Position numbers and translations under genes: made by a program. Shown one piece after another: positions 63,829 through 64,000 of a stretch of DNA of 64,000 bases. This stretch comes from Girardia tigrina (Eukaryota). The DNA lies in the NCBI GenBank assembly GCA_001938485.1, contig MQRK01250511.1:1-64000 (forward strand), given 5' to 3'. Numbering within the stretch: position 1 is the stretch's first letter; the number at the start of each line of letters is the position of its first letter. The notes below the pieces were generated by a model, which was not told the DNA's origin, did no database searches, and worked only from the letters and a program-made list of their open reading frames with translations.

Positions 63829-64000
63829 TGTGGAGAAATAGCAATCGGCATTAAATACGATTGTTTTACTGGACTAATGAATTGCGAGAATTTTGAAGCT
63901 GTTGATTTTCGATCGGAAAAATAAAACGTAGCCATCAGCTTCGATTTATCAAATGCTTTAACACAAAATATGCATATGCTTCAAAATATGTATATAATTA
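63829..64000 (+). repeat. Probable 3' LTR start
   Basis: TGTGG immediately after the purine tract, with AATAAA inside. Right end not determined. Confidence 0.6.

Overview
AT-rich eukaryotic (animal) genomic DNA with seven assembly gaps. The transposon spectrum suggests a planarian such as Schmidtea or Dugesia, but that is inference. The whole window lies inside one + strand calcineurin A (PPP3C/PP2B catalytic subunit) gene that the ORF track misses: four small in-frame exons (7673-7818, 10661-10800, 38078-38155, 57409-57503) separated by 2.8, 27.3 and 19.3 kb introns. The introns are packed with mostly decayed mobile elements: MULE, piggyBac, hAT, mariner/Tc1, pogo, Gypsy, NeSL-like, RTE and Penelope. 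They also hold intronless host-gene relics (LRRC49, beta-tubulin, histone H2B, possibly MTMR14). Most notable observations: (1) two Gypsy-type LTR-gag units whose primer-binding position is complementary to the 5'-terminal 12 nt of tRNA-Lys(UUU) rather than to a tRNA 3' end; (2) one of these is a 713-bp unit with inverted LTR-derived ends, a 5-bp target-site duplication and an intact capsid-only ORF; (3) a textbook HDV-like ribozyme at the 5' end of an RTE LINE; (4) several minimal hammerhead ribozymes, including a 600-bp element with one in each terminal inverted repeat. Every core-intact ribozyme found is antisense to the calcineurin pre-mRNA, and every sense copy is core-mutated. All calls were made by eye; no database searches were run.
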